Shown here piece by piece: positions 26,917-36,847 of a stretch of 64,000 nucleotides of DNA (positions are counted from its first letter, which is position 1; each line of letters begins with the position of its first letter). Under the pieces are notes generated by a model. It did no database searches. It was not told the DNA's origin and saw only the letters and a program-made list of their open reading frames with translations. The stretch is taken from IMG/VR virus record IMGVR_UViG_3300045923_000198; one strand, 5' to 3'. The position numbers and the translations under genes are program-made. The DNA comes from an uncultured virus (IMG/VR IMGVR_UViG_3300045923_000198) (Duplodnaviria; Heunggongvirae; Uroviricota; Caudoviricetes).

Positions 26917-28413
26917 ATGCCTCAAGATCGTCCGGCCATTGGTGAGACTTGGGAGATCCCCGATCCCTACGGAAGGGTCACGAGGGGAATCGTCTCGGAG
27001 GTCACCCCGACGATGGTTGTCCTCGTAGCCCTCACGGGTGCGCGCCTGCGCGTGCCCGCTGGACGCTTTCCAACTCAGTGGCGTTTCGCTGCTTCTCCCC
27101 CAGTGACGAGCATCAACTGTCGCTGCGGACGGCCTGGCATCCTGCGCTACACGCGAGGCGTGAGCCCGGACTTCGTGTGCCCGAAGCACCTTCCCGTGGG
27201 GGAGATCGCGACGCTGCACACCCCAGGGACACCAGTCACAGAACGTGCTGCACCCCCAAAGAACATTATCCAGTGCCCTCAGTGCGGCAACGCGGATCCT
27301 GTCGAGGATGCACGCATCCGGCACATCGGGACTCTGGAGCGCGGCGAGACCGGATGGTGGACTTGCACCATGTGCAGCTCACGCTGGGGTCTCATCGCCG
27401 AGCCGGCCAACGAGACGGACAATCGAACGCGCTGGTACTACGAGGCGCTTCGAGACCTCCACCACACGATGGACGAGCACAACGTCGAGATCACCACCAT
27501 CGAGATGAGCCGCTCCGCCTGGAACGCGATCTCGGCCCTCGTCTCCCCCGACTTCACGACCAACGGCGAAGAGCCCAACTCCGGGATGGAGATCGCTCGC
27601 CTGTTCGACATCCCGGTCAAGATGATCGCCTCGCTCATGGACGGGGCGATTCTCCTTCGCGCCCGCAACGCCCCCGCAGGGAGCGTCGTCTCTCCGGGTC
27701 GCAAGCCCGTCCAGAAGATCGGCGGCGTTGGGGGTCGTGCAGGGGTCGTAGGGGAGAGCACGCGGCCTCGCGACCAAACGATGCTCGGGGCGCTTGAACG
27801 CCTCTACGAGACCGACCGGGTGTCCCGAAGGACGCTTCTTGACGCGATGCGTCTACCGGAAGCGCCCCCTCCCGAGGTTCTGCCCACACCTACCCCTATC
27901 CCCGTGGAACCGCCGCCCGTGCTCCTCGAAAAGGTGTCGAACGCCGTGCGTGACCAGCGAAAGCCCAAGGCCGGTGACCGCTTCACGAGTCGCAGGACGG
28001 GCAAGACCGTCGATGTTCTGCGCATCGAGGAGAGGGACGGAATGTGGGCCGTCGCGCTCCAGGAGTCCTCGTACGGCAAGGACACCCTACCAAACTCCCC
28101 GACCATCCTGTGGGCCAACGACTTCGTAGCCGAGTACGTCCCCTTCGGATCGAGCGCTCGTCAACCAGAGCCCGAACCCGTGGCCCCGCTCAACATCAAC
28201 GTGTCTGCCGGCGAGGAATGGTACAGCGCGGAGCACAACGAGTACGTGACCGTGGAGAGCCTCGACCTGCGCAAGATGAAGGCGGTCGCCCGCGGTGCCT
28301 CGACGGGCAAGCTGCGCAACATCCACCTGGACGACTTCAACGACGAGACCAAGTGCAAGCGCATCGTGCGCACCACCGCCCATCGGCGGCTCATGGGTGA
28401 CGACGAATACTGA
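26917..28413 (+). CDS. multidomain protein (Zn ribbons, SH3/KOW-like modules) with C-terminal TAHRRLMGDDEY tag
   Basis: 498 aa; CPQCG/CTMC; GETWE, GDRF, GEEW modules. Confidence 0.8.
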   Translation: MPQDRPAIGETWEIPDPYGRVTRGIVSEVTPTMVVLVALTGARLRVPAGRFPTQWRFAASPPVTSINCRCGRPGILRYTRGVSPDFVCPKHLPVGEIATLHTPGTPVTERAAPPKNIIQCPQCGNADPVEDARIRHIGTLERGETGWWTCTMCSSRWGLIAEPANETDNRTRWYYEALRDLHHTMDEHNVEITTIEMSRSAWNAISALVSPDFTTNGEEPNSGMEIARLFDIPVKMIASLMDGAILLRARNAPAGSVVSPGRKPVQKIGGVGGRAGVVGESTRPRDQTMLGALERLYETDRVSRRTLLDAMRLPEAPPPEVLPTPTPIPVEPPPVLLEKVSNAVRDQRKPKAGDRFTSRRTGKTVDVLRIEERDGMWAVALQESSYGKDTLPNSPTILWANDFVAEYVPFGSSARQPEPEPVAPLNINVSAGEEWYSAEHNEYVTVESLDLRKMKAVARGASTGKLRNIHLDDFNDETKCKRIVRTTAHRRLMGDDEY

Positions 28414-28570
28414 CTCAGCTATACAGCGGGATGCTGAAGCGCTCCCTCCCGTTCCGCAAGACCCACGCCAGCGGCACCCCCTTGAAAAAGCATAGGAAAA
28501 GAGCGATAAAGGGTGGCCTGCCGACGAACCACCAGGACTAGGGGGCGCTGATCGGTGTAAGTACGGATCG

Positions 28571-28984
28571 ATGGCGGACTCCGTGGGAACAGTGAAGAAA
28601 ATCCAGCAGAAGCCGAAGCGCAGCAAGAGCGTGACCCGTCACTTTGGGCTTGCGCTCCGGAAAATGCGCGAGGCCAAAGGAATGCGCCTGCTCGACCTGG
28701 CCGAGCACTTGGACGTGAGCTTGCCATACCTCTCGGACGTCGAGCGCGGAAGACGTGAGCCTCTCTCCAATGACCGCATCAAGCTAGCGGCGCTGCACCT
28801 CGAAGGCGACGCCCTCTTGCTCATCGAGGAAGCGATCCGCGACCGTGGCTTCGTCACCCTCCCGATCGACGACCGCGACAACTTGCGGGTCAAGGCCGCG
28901 ATGATGCTCGTCGTCGCCCTGCCGGATGCCGGCGATGACGTCGTGCGCAAGATCATCAACACGCTGAAGGCTTCCACCGCCTAG
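28571..28984 (+). CDS. XRE-family HTH regulator
   Basis: FGLALRKMREAKGMRLLDLAEHLDVSLPYLSDVERGRR. Confidence 0.88.
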   Translation: MADSVGTVKKIQQKPKRSKSVTRHFGLALRKMREAKGMRLLDLAEHLDVSLPYLSDVERGRREPLSNDRIKLAALHLEGDALLLIEEAIRDRGFVTLPIDDRDNLRVKAAMMLVVALPDAGDDVVRKIINTLKASTA

Positions 28985-29775
28985 AACGTGAGCACGTCGG
29001 TCACGCGCGGGTACCCGTACGCCGCGTGACCCGTGCGGACGAGCAGGTTCGGTGACCGTTCGTAGCGCCCTGCGCTGTGCGTGTGTCCGCAGAAGACCGT
29101 GAACTCCACATCGGGGTTCGCGCCCGTGACCTCGTCGAGCATCTCGCCCATCGAGCGGTTGCTCATCCAGGGCAAGAAGTTTTTGTCGGACATCTGCCCC
29201 TGGTGCCAGGTCGCTTGCGCGTACGGGGGCACGTGCGTGGCGAAGAGGATGCGCTTGTAGCCTTGAGCGACCGCCGCTTCGAGTAGAATGCGGGCCTCCT
29301 CTGTGAACGCGTCAGCGATCTCCCGCACTGTCGTGATGATCTCCTCCTGCGAGCATCCGAGCAGCTCTCGAATCGTCATGAAGTCGCTCAGCACGACATT
29401 CGACCGCTTGGGGTCGCCGAGCCGAGCATCGTACCACCCGTCGTGCCCCACGAGCGCGACGCCCGGTGCCAGCTCCACGGTCCCGGCCTTGGGCAGCCAG
29501 CGGGCCTTGCCCGCCATCTCCTCGGCCTTCACCCGCATGCCCACGATCGAGCCCCTGTACGCGTCGTGGTTGCCGAGGACGAAGTAGACCGGCGCGCCCA
29601 CCCCTTCGGCGAACGACTCGATGAGCGTGTTGAAGTCCGGATACTCCCCAATGTCGCCGGTCACGAGCACAGCACCAAGGTCAGGGATCGCCTCTCGGAC
29701 CTTCAGTCCGAAGTCCCTGGGGCCTTCAGTGTCCAGGAAGTTGAGGTGCGGGTCAGTAATCCAGGGAAGTTGCAT
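28981..29775 (-). CDS. calcineurin-like metallophosphoesterase
   Basis: DPH, TGDIGE, GNHD, THVPP, GHTH. Confidence 0.9.
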   Translation of the reverse strand: MQLPWITDPHLNFLDTEGPRDFGLKVREAIPDLGAVLVTGDIGEYPDFNTLIESFAEGVGAPVYFVLGNHDAYRGSIVGMRVKAEEMAGKARWLPKAGTVELAPGVALVGHDGWYDARLGDPKRSNVVLSDFMTIRELLGCSQEEIITTVREIADAFTEEARILLEAAVAQGYKRILFATHVPPYAQATWHQGQMSDKNFLPWMSNRSMGEMLDEVTGANPDVEFTVFCGHTHSAGRYERSPNLLVRTGHAAYGYPRVTDVLTF

Positions 29776-29928
29776 GGCAATTCCCCCTACACCGCTGGGC
29801 GAAGATCGTGTATTGTCCGACTATCGCCTTTTTGTCGCACAACGTCTGACGCGCCGCATGAGGGTGGCTCTACGATGATCGTGCGCTATGGTGGAAGTGC
29901 CCGCAGGTCTGAATAAGGACGGTTCCGG

Positions 29929-30267
29929 ATGCCTAAGCAGCAACACATCAAGCAACCGGCTCAACGCCCAGCGGTCCCAGCGTGGAAGGCGATCGACAGC
30001 CTGGGGTACAAGGCGTCGCTCTACCTCGCTTCAGCCGACAAGCAGCGCGGTGTCGTTCTCCTCAAGTGTCCTTTGCGGCCATCCCTGACAGGGGTCGCAT
30101 GGTGGCAGGGCTCCGAATGGGAAGACCCCGCACGACTGCGAGCGCAGATCCAGTGGAGCCCTTCAACGCTGAGCCTCCTCGCCTGGGCAGCCGAGCATCC
30201 GACCGTCAGCGAGTTCGACACGCTTCTGCACCTTCTGACGCTTCAAGTCCAGCGCACATCGAATTGA
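29929..30267 (+). CDS. hypothetical protein
   Basis: 112 aa ORF with AAGGA SD. Confidence 0.6.
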   Translation: MPKQQHIKQPAQRPAVPAWKAIDSLGYKASLYLASADKQRGVVLLKCPLRPSLTGVAWWQGSEWEDPARLRAQIQWSPSTLSLLAWAAEHPTVSEFDTLLHLLTLQVQRTSN

Positions 30268-30286
30268 GCGGTGTAGGGGCGCCGCA

Positions 30287-30853
30287 ATGGCGACCCAAGG
30301 CTACGACCCTCTTCTCAAGCTGGCACAGATCTTCTGGGGCACAGGAACACTCACGCCAGAGCAGATCGATCTAGCACGCATCTCGGTCATGGAATCCACG
30401 AGGGTCAACGATCCCTTGCAGAACTACCGTGAGCCGGAGCTGGATCAGCCCCCGCTCGGCCGCTTCATGAAGGAGCAGGAGAGAGTTACTGGTAGGCACG
30501 GCCTCACCCTCGTTGAGGCGGACCTGGCACACGGTCTCCTCATCTGCATTCAAACCGGCGCCTACCACGATTCCCACCACCCGCCGCCGCTGGGGATCTA
30601 CGACCACTTCAAGGGAGGCGTCTACCTCATCACGGGGTACTCTCGATGGGCGAGCGGCAACGGCGAGCCGGTCATCGAGTACCTCTCGATGCTCTTCGGC
30701 ACGAAGCACACTCGTCTCCTCGATCAATGGATCGAGGTCGTGAAGTGGCCGGATGGCCGCTACCGCAGTCGCTTCATCTACCGCGGCGCCAACCTCACGG
30801 TAGCGGAACCGTCCTTCAAGGTCCCAAGCCCCACTCATCCGCCCGAGGGGTGA
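30287..30853 (+). CDS. protein with DUF1653-like C-terminal domain
   Basis: GIYDHFKGGVY...VIEY...R...W...RF. Confidence 0.7.
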   Translation: MATQGYDPLLKLAQIFWGTGTLTPEQIDLARISVMESTRVNDPLQNYREPELDQPPLGRFMKEQERVTGRHGLTLVEADLAHGLLICIQTGAYHDSHHPPPLGIYDHFKGGVYLITGYSRWASGNGEPVIEYLSMLFGTKHTRLLDQWIEVVKWPDGRYRSRFIYRGANLTVAEPSFKVPSPTHPPEG

Positions 30854-31584
30854 TGTACGGCGCGGCCATCCTTACCAATCCGGCCCCCGGGTGGTCCTTT
30901 CGGGTTGCCGAAGAAGTCCTGCCCGGCGCGGCCATCATTGCCTTCGGCAACGACTTCGTGGGCATCGAAGGACGACTTGCGGATCTTGAGGTACGGGACA
31001 CGTTCGTGGTCTTGGCGCCGCGAGCGTTCTGTTTCGCGTTCTTCTTCCGCAAGCCGCTCAGCGAGCCGACCGTGACCGACCAGTTGTCCGCGACGAGCAC
31101 GGGCGCTGTCGCTATCGACGAGTGCCGAGTGCATCCCGTTTCGGGAGACGACTACGGCCGCAGTTCCCGCAACGCCAAGGGTACCAACAACGCCCACCAG
31201 GGGTTCAAAGGCAAGGCGTTCAAAATCAAGGAGCGCCACGAGGACTACGCTCACAGCGACGGACGCTGGCCGCCGAACCTGTTGCTCATGCACGGACAGG
31301 ACTGTGGGACCGTCTGTACATCGGACTGCCCCGTGAAACTCCTTGACACACAGAGCGGGGAGTTGACGAGCGGCATGATGGTGCCCGGACAGAAGCGCGT
31401 GCAGACCAACGGCGCTGGGGGCTATCACGGCGGCTTCGACGAGACCGCCTCGCTTCGGGGGTCATATGGGGACACGGGAGGGGCCAGCCGCTTCTTCCCG
31501 CAGTTCTACAACGAGTCCGAGGTACTCGACTGGTTCCGCACCCTGGTCTTGCCGCCGGGCCTGACTCTGTACGAGGGCACATGA
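30853..31584 (+). CDS. DNA methylase-derived protein lacking catalytic motifs (paralog 1)
   Basis: TGAVAIDECRV, GRWPPNL, YGDTGGASRFF; no DPPY or FxGxG seen. Confidence 0.65.
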   Translation: MYGAAILTNPAPGWSFRVAEEVLPGAAIIAFGNDFVGIEGRLADLEVRDTFVVLAPRAFCFAFFFRKPLSEPTVTDQLSATSTGAVAIDECRVHPVSGDDYGRSSRNAKGTNNAHQGFKGKAFKIKERHEDYAHSDGRWPPNLLLMHGQDCGTVCTSDCPVKLLDTQSGELTSGMMVPGQKRVQTNGAGGYHGGFDETASLRGSYGDTGGASRFFPQFYNESEVLDWFRTLVLPPGLTLYEGT

Positions 31585-32276
31585 TCTTCTCCGGAGCGAT
31601 CCTCAAGGGGAGCTGGCAGCCGGTCGATGTCCTGCCCGGCTCCTACGTGGCGCTACTCACGTCCGACGAAAGGGCGTCCATCGAGGCCAGGACTGCGGGC
31701 CTTCATCTGCGGGACACGATGCTGCTCCTCGGACCAGCGCAATCCGTGAGCTTCGCCTTCCTCTTCCGAGCCCCCATGTTGAGCACCGTGGTGGAGAACG
31801 TCATCGCCCACGGGACGGGAGCGCTGCACATTGACGCTTGCCGCATCGCCGGGGACATGAGCGAGTTCTTCTCGAAGACCGGCAAGCCGAGGTCTGGCAT
31901 GGGCCACGCGAAGGGCTACGGCATGGGGGATGGCTATGGGGGCGACCGGGCCAATCCGCCACACAGCGCCGGACGGTGGCCCTCGAACCTGGCGTTCATC
32001 CAATCGACCGAATACACGGCCTCTCTTGACCAACAGAGCGGCGATAGGCCCTCAACCCTCACGGGAAGGGCTGACCCACTGGCCGCCCATGGGCACCCCT
32101 CACAGGCCGTGACCGACTCTTGGTTCAGCGGAGGCGCCGCAAAGGACACCCTCGTGTATGCGGACGCTGGGGGCGCCTCTCGCTTTTTCTTGCAGTTCGC
32201 CAACGAGGTCGAGTTTCTCTCCTGGCTGCGGTGCCTTCTCGTGCCCGAGGGTGCCCCTATCTTCGAGGTGCCGTGA
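31581..32276 (+). CDS. DNA methylase-derived protein lacking catalytic motifs (paralog 2)
   Basis: HGTGALHIDACRI, GRWPSNL, YADAGGASRFF. Confidence 0.65.
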   Translation: MIFSGAILKGSWQPVDVLPGSYVALLTSDERASIEARTAGLHLRDTMLLLGPAQSVSFAFLFRAPMLSTVVENVIAHGTGALHIDACRIAGDMSEFFSKTGKPRSGMGHAKGYGMGDGYGGDRANPPHSAGRWPSNLAFIQSTEYTASLDQQSGDRPSTLTGRADPLAAHGHPSQAVTDSWFSGGAAKDTLVYADAGGASRFFLQFANEVEFLSWLRCLLVPEGAPIFEVP

Positions 32277-32986
32277 TGTCTACCCGCTGGAACATCGGAA
32301 CCTGTACCATCATCGCCGTGCAAGGGGCCATGGATGGGTTGGCCCCCTTCAACCGCTGCCAACCCATCGTGCAGAGCACGGACAAGCCGGGCTTGTACGG
32401 CATCGTCAACGCCACCTGGGGCGACTTCGCCATCGTCTCGGAGATCGAGGAGCCGATGCTCCAGGAGGCACTCTCGGGAAAGGCGTGGACACAGGTCGGC
32501 CCGCTGCCGCTCACCCCTTACGCTGACGTCTGGATGCTTCGTCCGTGCTTCCCCTTTCGCGAGGATGCGCTTGCCGAGATCAAGGCAGTCCACGGACCGG
32601 AGGCCAGCGGAGACACGCAGTGGGCCATCGTTAGGATGGACGCTGACGCAGAGGCTCTCTTGCGCGACTGGTGCGATCGAGCCGAAGTCGAGGCGGTACG
32701 GGACTGCGCCGCAGGCAACTCCGAGCGAGCCCTCCTGTGCGCCAACCTCGTGATCAGCCTGTGCAACGCCCCCGAGAAGTGTGGGCTCTACATGGCGATC
32801 CTCGAAGAGACGGGACACATTGCCGAGCACAACAAGGCTCTTCAACAGTTCGAAGCTGGGCGCGGTCCCGCTTTCACCATCGCGGTCATGCACTGCAAGC
32901 AGAAGACGTTGACCGACCTCTACAAGCAGCGTTGCGCTCTCCTGGAAGAGAAGCTTAAACGTCTGATTCCAGAGCAAGGGGGATGA
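32276..32986 (+). CDS. hypothetical protein
   Basis: TGATG coupling, 236 aa. Confidence 0.7.
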   Translation: MSTRWNIGTCTIIAVQGAMDGLAPFNRCQPIVQSTDKPGLYGIVNATWGDFAIVSEIEEPMLQEALSGKAWTQVGPLPLTPYADVWMLRPCFPFREDALAEIKAVHGPEASGDTQWAIVRMDADAEALLRDWCDRAEVEAVRDCAAGNSERALLCANLVISLCNAPEKCGLYMAILEETGHIAEHNKALQQFEAGRGPAFTIAVMHCKQKTLTDLYKQRCALLEEKLKRLIPEQGG

Positions 32987-33162
32987 ACCTCGTGCTCACC
33001 CTTCTTCACGACGCCGGCGTCAACATCACAGACCGGGACCTGCGGAACCGCAAGCCCCATGAGCTGTCCCTCGCCGAGAAGTGGGCCGTCGAGACGGTTC
33101 AGCCGGGAACGTTCCCGGGGGCGCGCCTGCCCGCGTGGCTCCGTCCGTACTTGAGGGTCTGA
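32983..33162 (+). CDS. small hypothetical protein (59 aa, below ORF-track cut-off)
   Basis: MNLVLTLLHDAG...; ATGA overlap, fills the gap to the next gene. Confidence 0.5.
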   Translation: MNLVLTLLHDAGVNITDRDLRNRKPHELSLAEKWAVETVQPGTFPGARLPAWLRPYLRV

Positions 33163-33165
33163 GTC

Positions 33166-33771
33166 ATGCCCACCGGGATCCCAATGCCGCTGTACGTCCT
33201 ACCTTCGGCAAGCGTCGGACTAAGGACACAAGCACCCGCCGCCGGGCACGCGTGGAAGCTCTACTACCCGATGGGGGACGACCAGATGGTGCAGCGCTAC
33301 CGGCTTCACTACGAGTCCCTCCGCAGTGACCCACACGTCGAACGAGTCGATTGCTACGACGAGGTGGAGCACTTGCCGGGTGTGGCGATCCTGTCCGTGC
33401 TGTTCAAGGGCGGGTGGTGTGAGCCGGAACAGATTGGACTGCGCCATCTGAACCTGGTCTACAAGGAGCCGCGCCTCCACATCGAGCCCGCCGCTCGACG
33501 TCTTCAGATGCGCACCACTCCCGCTCTCCCGCACGCCCCCGAGTGGGTCAAGACCGGGTCCTGGGTGCGGAACATCGCCGGTACGGTCTTCGAGATCCTT
33601 GGGGTCGAGCGCAGCGTAGGGGAGATCCCGGTGGTCATGCTCCGGGAGAACCACGAGACACAAGTGCTCACCCTGCTCCTGGACGCGGTTCTCGCCAGCT
33701 TCAGTCCGGCCCCCAAGCCCAAGGGACCGCTGACCGCGCATCAACGTCTCATGAGCGACGACGAATACTGA
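33166..33771 (+). CDS. hypothetical protein with C-terminal TAHQRLMSDDEY tag
   Basis: 201 aa; SH3/KOW-like WVKTGSWVR module before tag. Confidence 0.75.
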   Translation: MPTGIPMPLYVLPSASVGLRTQAPAAGHAWKLYYPMGDDQMVQRYRLHYESLRSDPHVERVDCYDEVEHLPGVAILSVLFKGGWCEPEQIGLRHLNLVYKEPRLHIEPAARRLQMRTTPALPHAPEWVKTGSWVRNIAGTVFEILGVERSVGEIPVVMLRENHETQVLTLLLDAVLASFSPAPKPKGPLTAHQRLMSDDEY

Positions 33772-33889
33772 CGGCGCGTCCTCTTCAGACGGTGTAAGAA
33801 CCGTGTGGCCCATTGAGCAAGTGGGCCCAAGCCTCAGCGGCACGGGAAGTGTCCCGGACGTTGGAGAGGCGTGAGGAAGGAGAACGCAC

Positions 33890-34738
33890 ATGTCAGATCG
33901 CATCTTGGAAGGGTCCAACTCGGTCCTGGTACGCACGCTCACGGACGCGGCCGCGGGGCTGCTTGCGAAGAGCGGCCAACTCGACGAGTTCATCGACGTG
34001 TTCCGCAAGAACATGATGACTCAGCCTGAGGTTCTGAGGAACCCTAAGTACGCCCGGCACATGTCCGAGGTCATCGACCGGCTTACGCTGCGAGCCGAAA
34101 TCAACGGGGCTCAGCTCGACCCAAACTACACGGTGATCTCCAATCATGGGCCAAGCCCCAAGACCAACGGCAAGAGTCAGCACGACTTCGACGACTTGCT
34201 CGACCTCATCGACCCGCCCGCGACCGAAGACGTGTCGCTGGAGGACGAGCCGGACACGATCGACGACATCTTGGACGGGACCTCGAAGGCGAGCGCGGTG
34301 GATGTTCTCTCTTTGATTCTGCGAAAGTGCGCCGTGGACTTCGCAGAGAGTAGGCAGCACCCGTTCGTGCGGGCGTTCGATGACGGCTCGCATTCGCCCC
34401 ACGCGTCGGGACGCTATGTCGTGGTCGGGACGTGCGTCGGCCGCTCGAAGAAGAACCCGAGGGCCGAGTTCAACGCCAACTGCACGACACAGAACTTCCG
34501 CAAGATCAAGGACGCTTCGGACGACATCCTCGTGTACCGTGACGGACGACCCATGTCCGTTTGCCACGAGGCGACGGACGGGGGCCGCTTCTTCGTCTGG
34601 CTGCTCCACCACAAGCCGGGTCTGGAGCTGCGTTTCTGGGTCAACGTCAACGAGCCCGGCAAGCCCCGCTCGGACATCGACAGCGGGAACGTTCGCGTCC
34701 GGCTGACCGATGACGAGCAGGGCTGGAAGCGCGCCTAG
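33890..34738 (+). CDS. hypothetical protein
   Basis: AAGGAG SD, 282 aa. Confidence 0.75.
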   Translation: MSDRILEGSNSVLVRTLTDAAAGLLAKSGQLDEFIDVFRKNMMTQPEVLRNPKYARHMSEVIDRLTLRAEINGAQLDPNYTVISNHGPSPKTNGKSQHDFDDLLDLIDPPATEDVSLEDEPDTIDDILDGTSKASAVDVLSLILRKCAVDFAESRQHPFVRAFDDGSHSPHASGRYVVVGTCVGRSKKNPRAEFNANCTTQNFRKIKDASDDILVYRDGRPMSVCHEATDGGRFFVWLLHHKPGLELRFWVNVNEPGKPRSDIDSGNVRVRLTDDEQGWKRA

Positions 34739-35046
34739 TCGTCGAAGACCGAGGCGATGGCCCGTGCCGTCGCCTCGTCAATCTCCAGGTCCACGATCCC
34801 GGCCTTGAGGCGCATCTCGATCTGTGCGATGCGCCCCGAGGGCTTGCGGGTGATGCTGACGACCTTCATGAGCTTGGTCGTCTCCTGCGTCACCCGCTCG
34901 GGCTCCACCTTGGCCTCGATGACCTCTCCTTCGTGCAGCTTCTTGCGGATGACTTTGGCCTTGCCGTTTCCCATGGTGGGCGGCTTGGGGGCGAGCGCTG
35001 CGTCGTCCATGAACTCCTCGGGGGTGGGATCGTCGGCGGGAATCAT
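34735..35046 (-). CDS. hypothetical protein
   Basis: ATGA coupling. Confidence 0.65.
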   Translation of the reverse strand: MIPADDPTPEEFMDDAALAPKPPTMGNGKAKVIRKKLHEGEVIEAKVEPERVTQETTKLMKVVSITRKPSGRIAQIEMRLKAGIVDLEIDEATARAIASVFDD

Positions 35047-35537
35047 TCGGTCTCCATGAGCGCTTGCCAGATGGTGCGGGCGTCTACCGGAGGCAGGGGC
35101 ACCTCAGGACTAATACACAAGTCGCCCTTGAGTGTCACGGGGCGCCATGTGTTGTTTGGGTACTCGCGCAACCAGTCGCTGAAGAGCACCCGTTCGAACT
35201 GCATTCTTCTGTCCGGCCACCACACGTAGTCGATCTCTCGATCCACTTCGTTCAGGCATTCGCCAAGAGCGTCGGGATCAGCCCCCGCAGCTTCCATGAT
35301 CCAGAGCATGCCCTTGCCCCCGGTCCAGGGACCAGACCAGGTCGTGATCGTGTAGAGGGCGGCACCGTTGACCAAGATCTGACGGCCGCACCATCGTGCT
35401 CGACCGAGCAGCTTGTCCGCGCTGTTCAACATCCCTCGGGCTTCAGCTTCATCCCTCGCGAGCACCAGCGAATGCGTGCCGTCTTGCGATGCTTCGATCG
35501 CTGCGGCAATGACTTTCCCCACGTAATCGCGCGTCAT
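35043..35537 (-). CDS. hypothetical protein with C-terminal TIWQALMETE tag variant
   Basis: 164 aa, coupled. Confidence 0.7.
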   Translation of the reverse strand: MTRDYVGKVIAAAIEASQDGTHSLVLARDEAEARGMLNSADKLLGRARWCGRQILVNGAALYTITTWSGPWTGGKGMLWIMEAAGADPDALGECLNEVDREIDYVWWPDRRMQFERVLFSDWLREYPNNTWRPVTLKGDLCISPEVPLPPVDARTIWQALMETE

Positions 35538-35984
35538 CTAGTCGTCCTCGGTCTCCATGAGACGGCTCCACGCGCTCTTGGGCTCCGCGTCGGCCTTCGG
35601 TGTGATCTCTTGCACCGTGGGGATGACCTGCGTGGTCCTCCAGCGCAGGTACGGCACCTTCTCGTACTGCCCCCTCTTGTTGGAAGCGTAGACGTACGAC
35701 GGGTTGCCCACGTCGTCGTTGGGCTTCAGGTCAGGCTCGGGGAAAAAGAACACCCATCCCCTCGACTTCAAGCGCACCTGCCACGGGTTGGGGCTGGCGA
35801 GGATGAAGCTCTGTGCCTCGTGCGTGGTGACCCCCGCGTTACGCACGAGGTTCTCCACGGTCATGAGCTTGGCTCGCGAGACGATGGCGTCCGTTTCGCT
35901 GGCCAAGGGCGTGATCACGAGCACACCCTTGCCTTCGGCGGCGTCCGCCATGGCTGCGATGATGGTCTCGTCGGGGATCGGCAT
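35538..35984 (-). CDS. hypothetical protein with C-terminal SAWSRLMETEDD tag
   Basis: 148 aa, coupled. Confidence 0.72.
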   Translation of the reverse strand: MPIPDETIIAAMADAAEGKGVLVITPLASETDAIVSRAKLMTVENLVRNAGVTTHEAQSFILASPNPWQVRLKSRGWVFFFPEPDLKPNDDVGNPSYVYASNKRGQYEKVPYLRWRTTQVIPTVQEITPKADAEPKSAWSRLMETEDD

Positions 35985-35986
35985 CT

Positions 35987-36451
35987 TCAGGCTTTCTTGC
36001 CGCCGTGAAGGGTGGGGCGGTGCTTGTTGAAGGCGTGCTTGACGGCGACGGCCTTCGCGACGTTGACGTTGTATGCCTCGGCCTTGTCGAGCGCGCGGAT
36101 GATCTCGTCGGCGATCTCCTCTTCGGCGCACGTGAGGCCCTGGAGACCGAGATCCTCCATTTTCTTGGCCTTGTCGCAGGGGCTGTGTAGGTTGCCCTTA
36201 CGGAACGCTTCCCAGAACTCGCTCGTCTCGCCGTGCTGGTTGGCCGTGTAGGTTGCTGCCTTGACCAACTGCCCGATGGGGCCTGCGATCTGCTCCGGAG
36301 TCAGTGACTCCACCATCTGGTCTCGGAATTTCTTGTCCTTGGCGTTCCTCGCGATGTCGTCGCGGAGGGTGTTGAGGAAGGCAAGCTTCTCCGGGGTGAT
36401 GTCAGAGTCGTCCTGCTTGAGGATGGCGAGCGAGTCGGGGTGGATTTCCAT
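35987..36451 (-). CDS. hypothetical protein
   Basis: ATG 10 nt after GGTGTA. Confidence 0.72.
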   Translation of the reverse strand: MEIHPDSLAILKQDDSDITPEKLAFLNTLRDDIARNAKDKKFRDQMVESLTPEQIAGPIGQLVKAATYTANQHGETSEFWEAFRKGNLHSPCDKAKKMEDLGLQGLTCAEEEIADEIIRALDKAEAYNVNVAKAVAVKHAFNKHRPTLHGGKKA

Positions 36452-36487
36452 AGTCGTCTGCTACACCAGTGATACGAGGGACCCAGC

Positions 36488-36847
36488 ATGCCGAACGACA
36501 AGGTGACTTGCCCGAGCTGCGGAGATGTTCACGACGATCTGTTCTCTGATGAGCTGGTCGCCCTCTGGCGTAAGGTCCAGAAGACCGAAGACGAGCAGAC
36601 CCGGTTCGAGCTGATGGTCAAGCTTGCGGGGCAGTTCGTCGAGGACATCTCGGACACCGACGAGGGGGTCGGCGAGACCCTTCACGGTCTCATCGCCAAC
36701 GTCATCGAGAGCCGCTTGGCCTTCGAGAAGAACTCCCTCGCTCTTGCGCGCGTGCTCATGCGCTCTCTGCCCCACCTCGTCACGGAGGGGGATGGAGATG
36801 AGCCGACCACACATCGGACCCCTGCTACGAAGGCGAAGGCGAACTAG
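36488..36847 (+). CDS. hypothetical protein
   Basis: GAGG SD; CPSCG. Confidence 0.7.
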   Translation: MPNDKVTCPSCGDVHDDLFSDELVALWRKVQKTEDEQTRFELMVKLAGQFVEDISDTDEGVGETLHGLIANVIESRLAFEKNSLALARVLMRSLPHLVTEGDGDEPTTHRTPATKAKAN

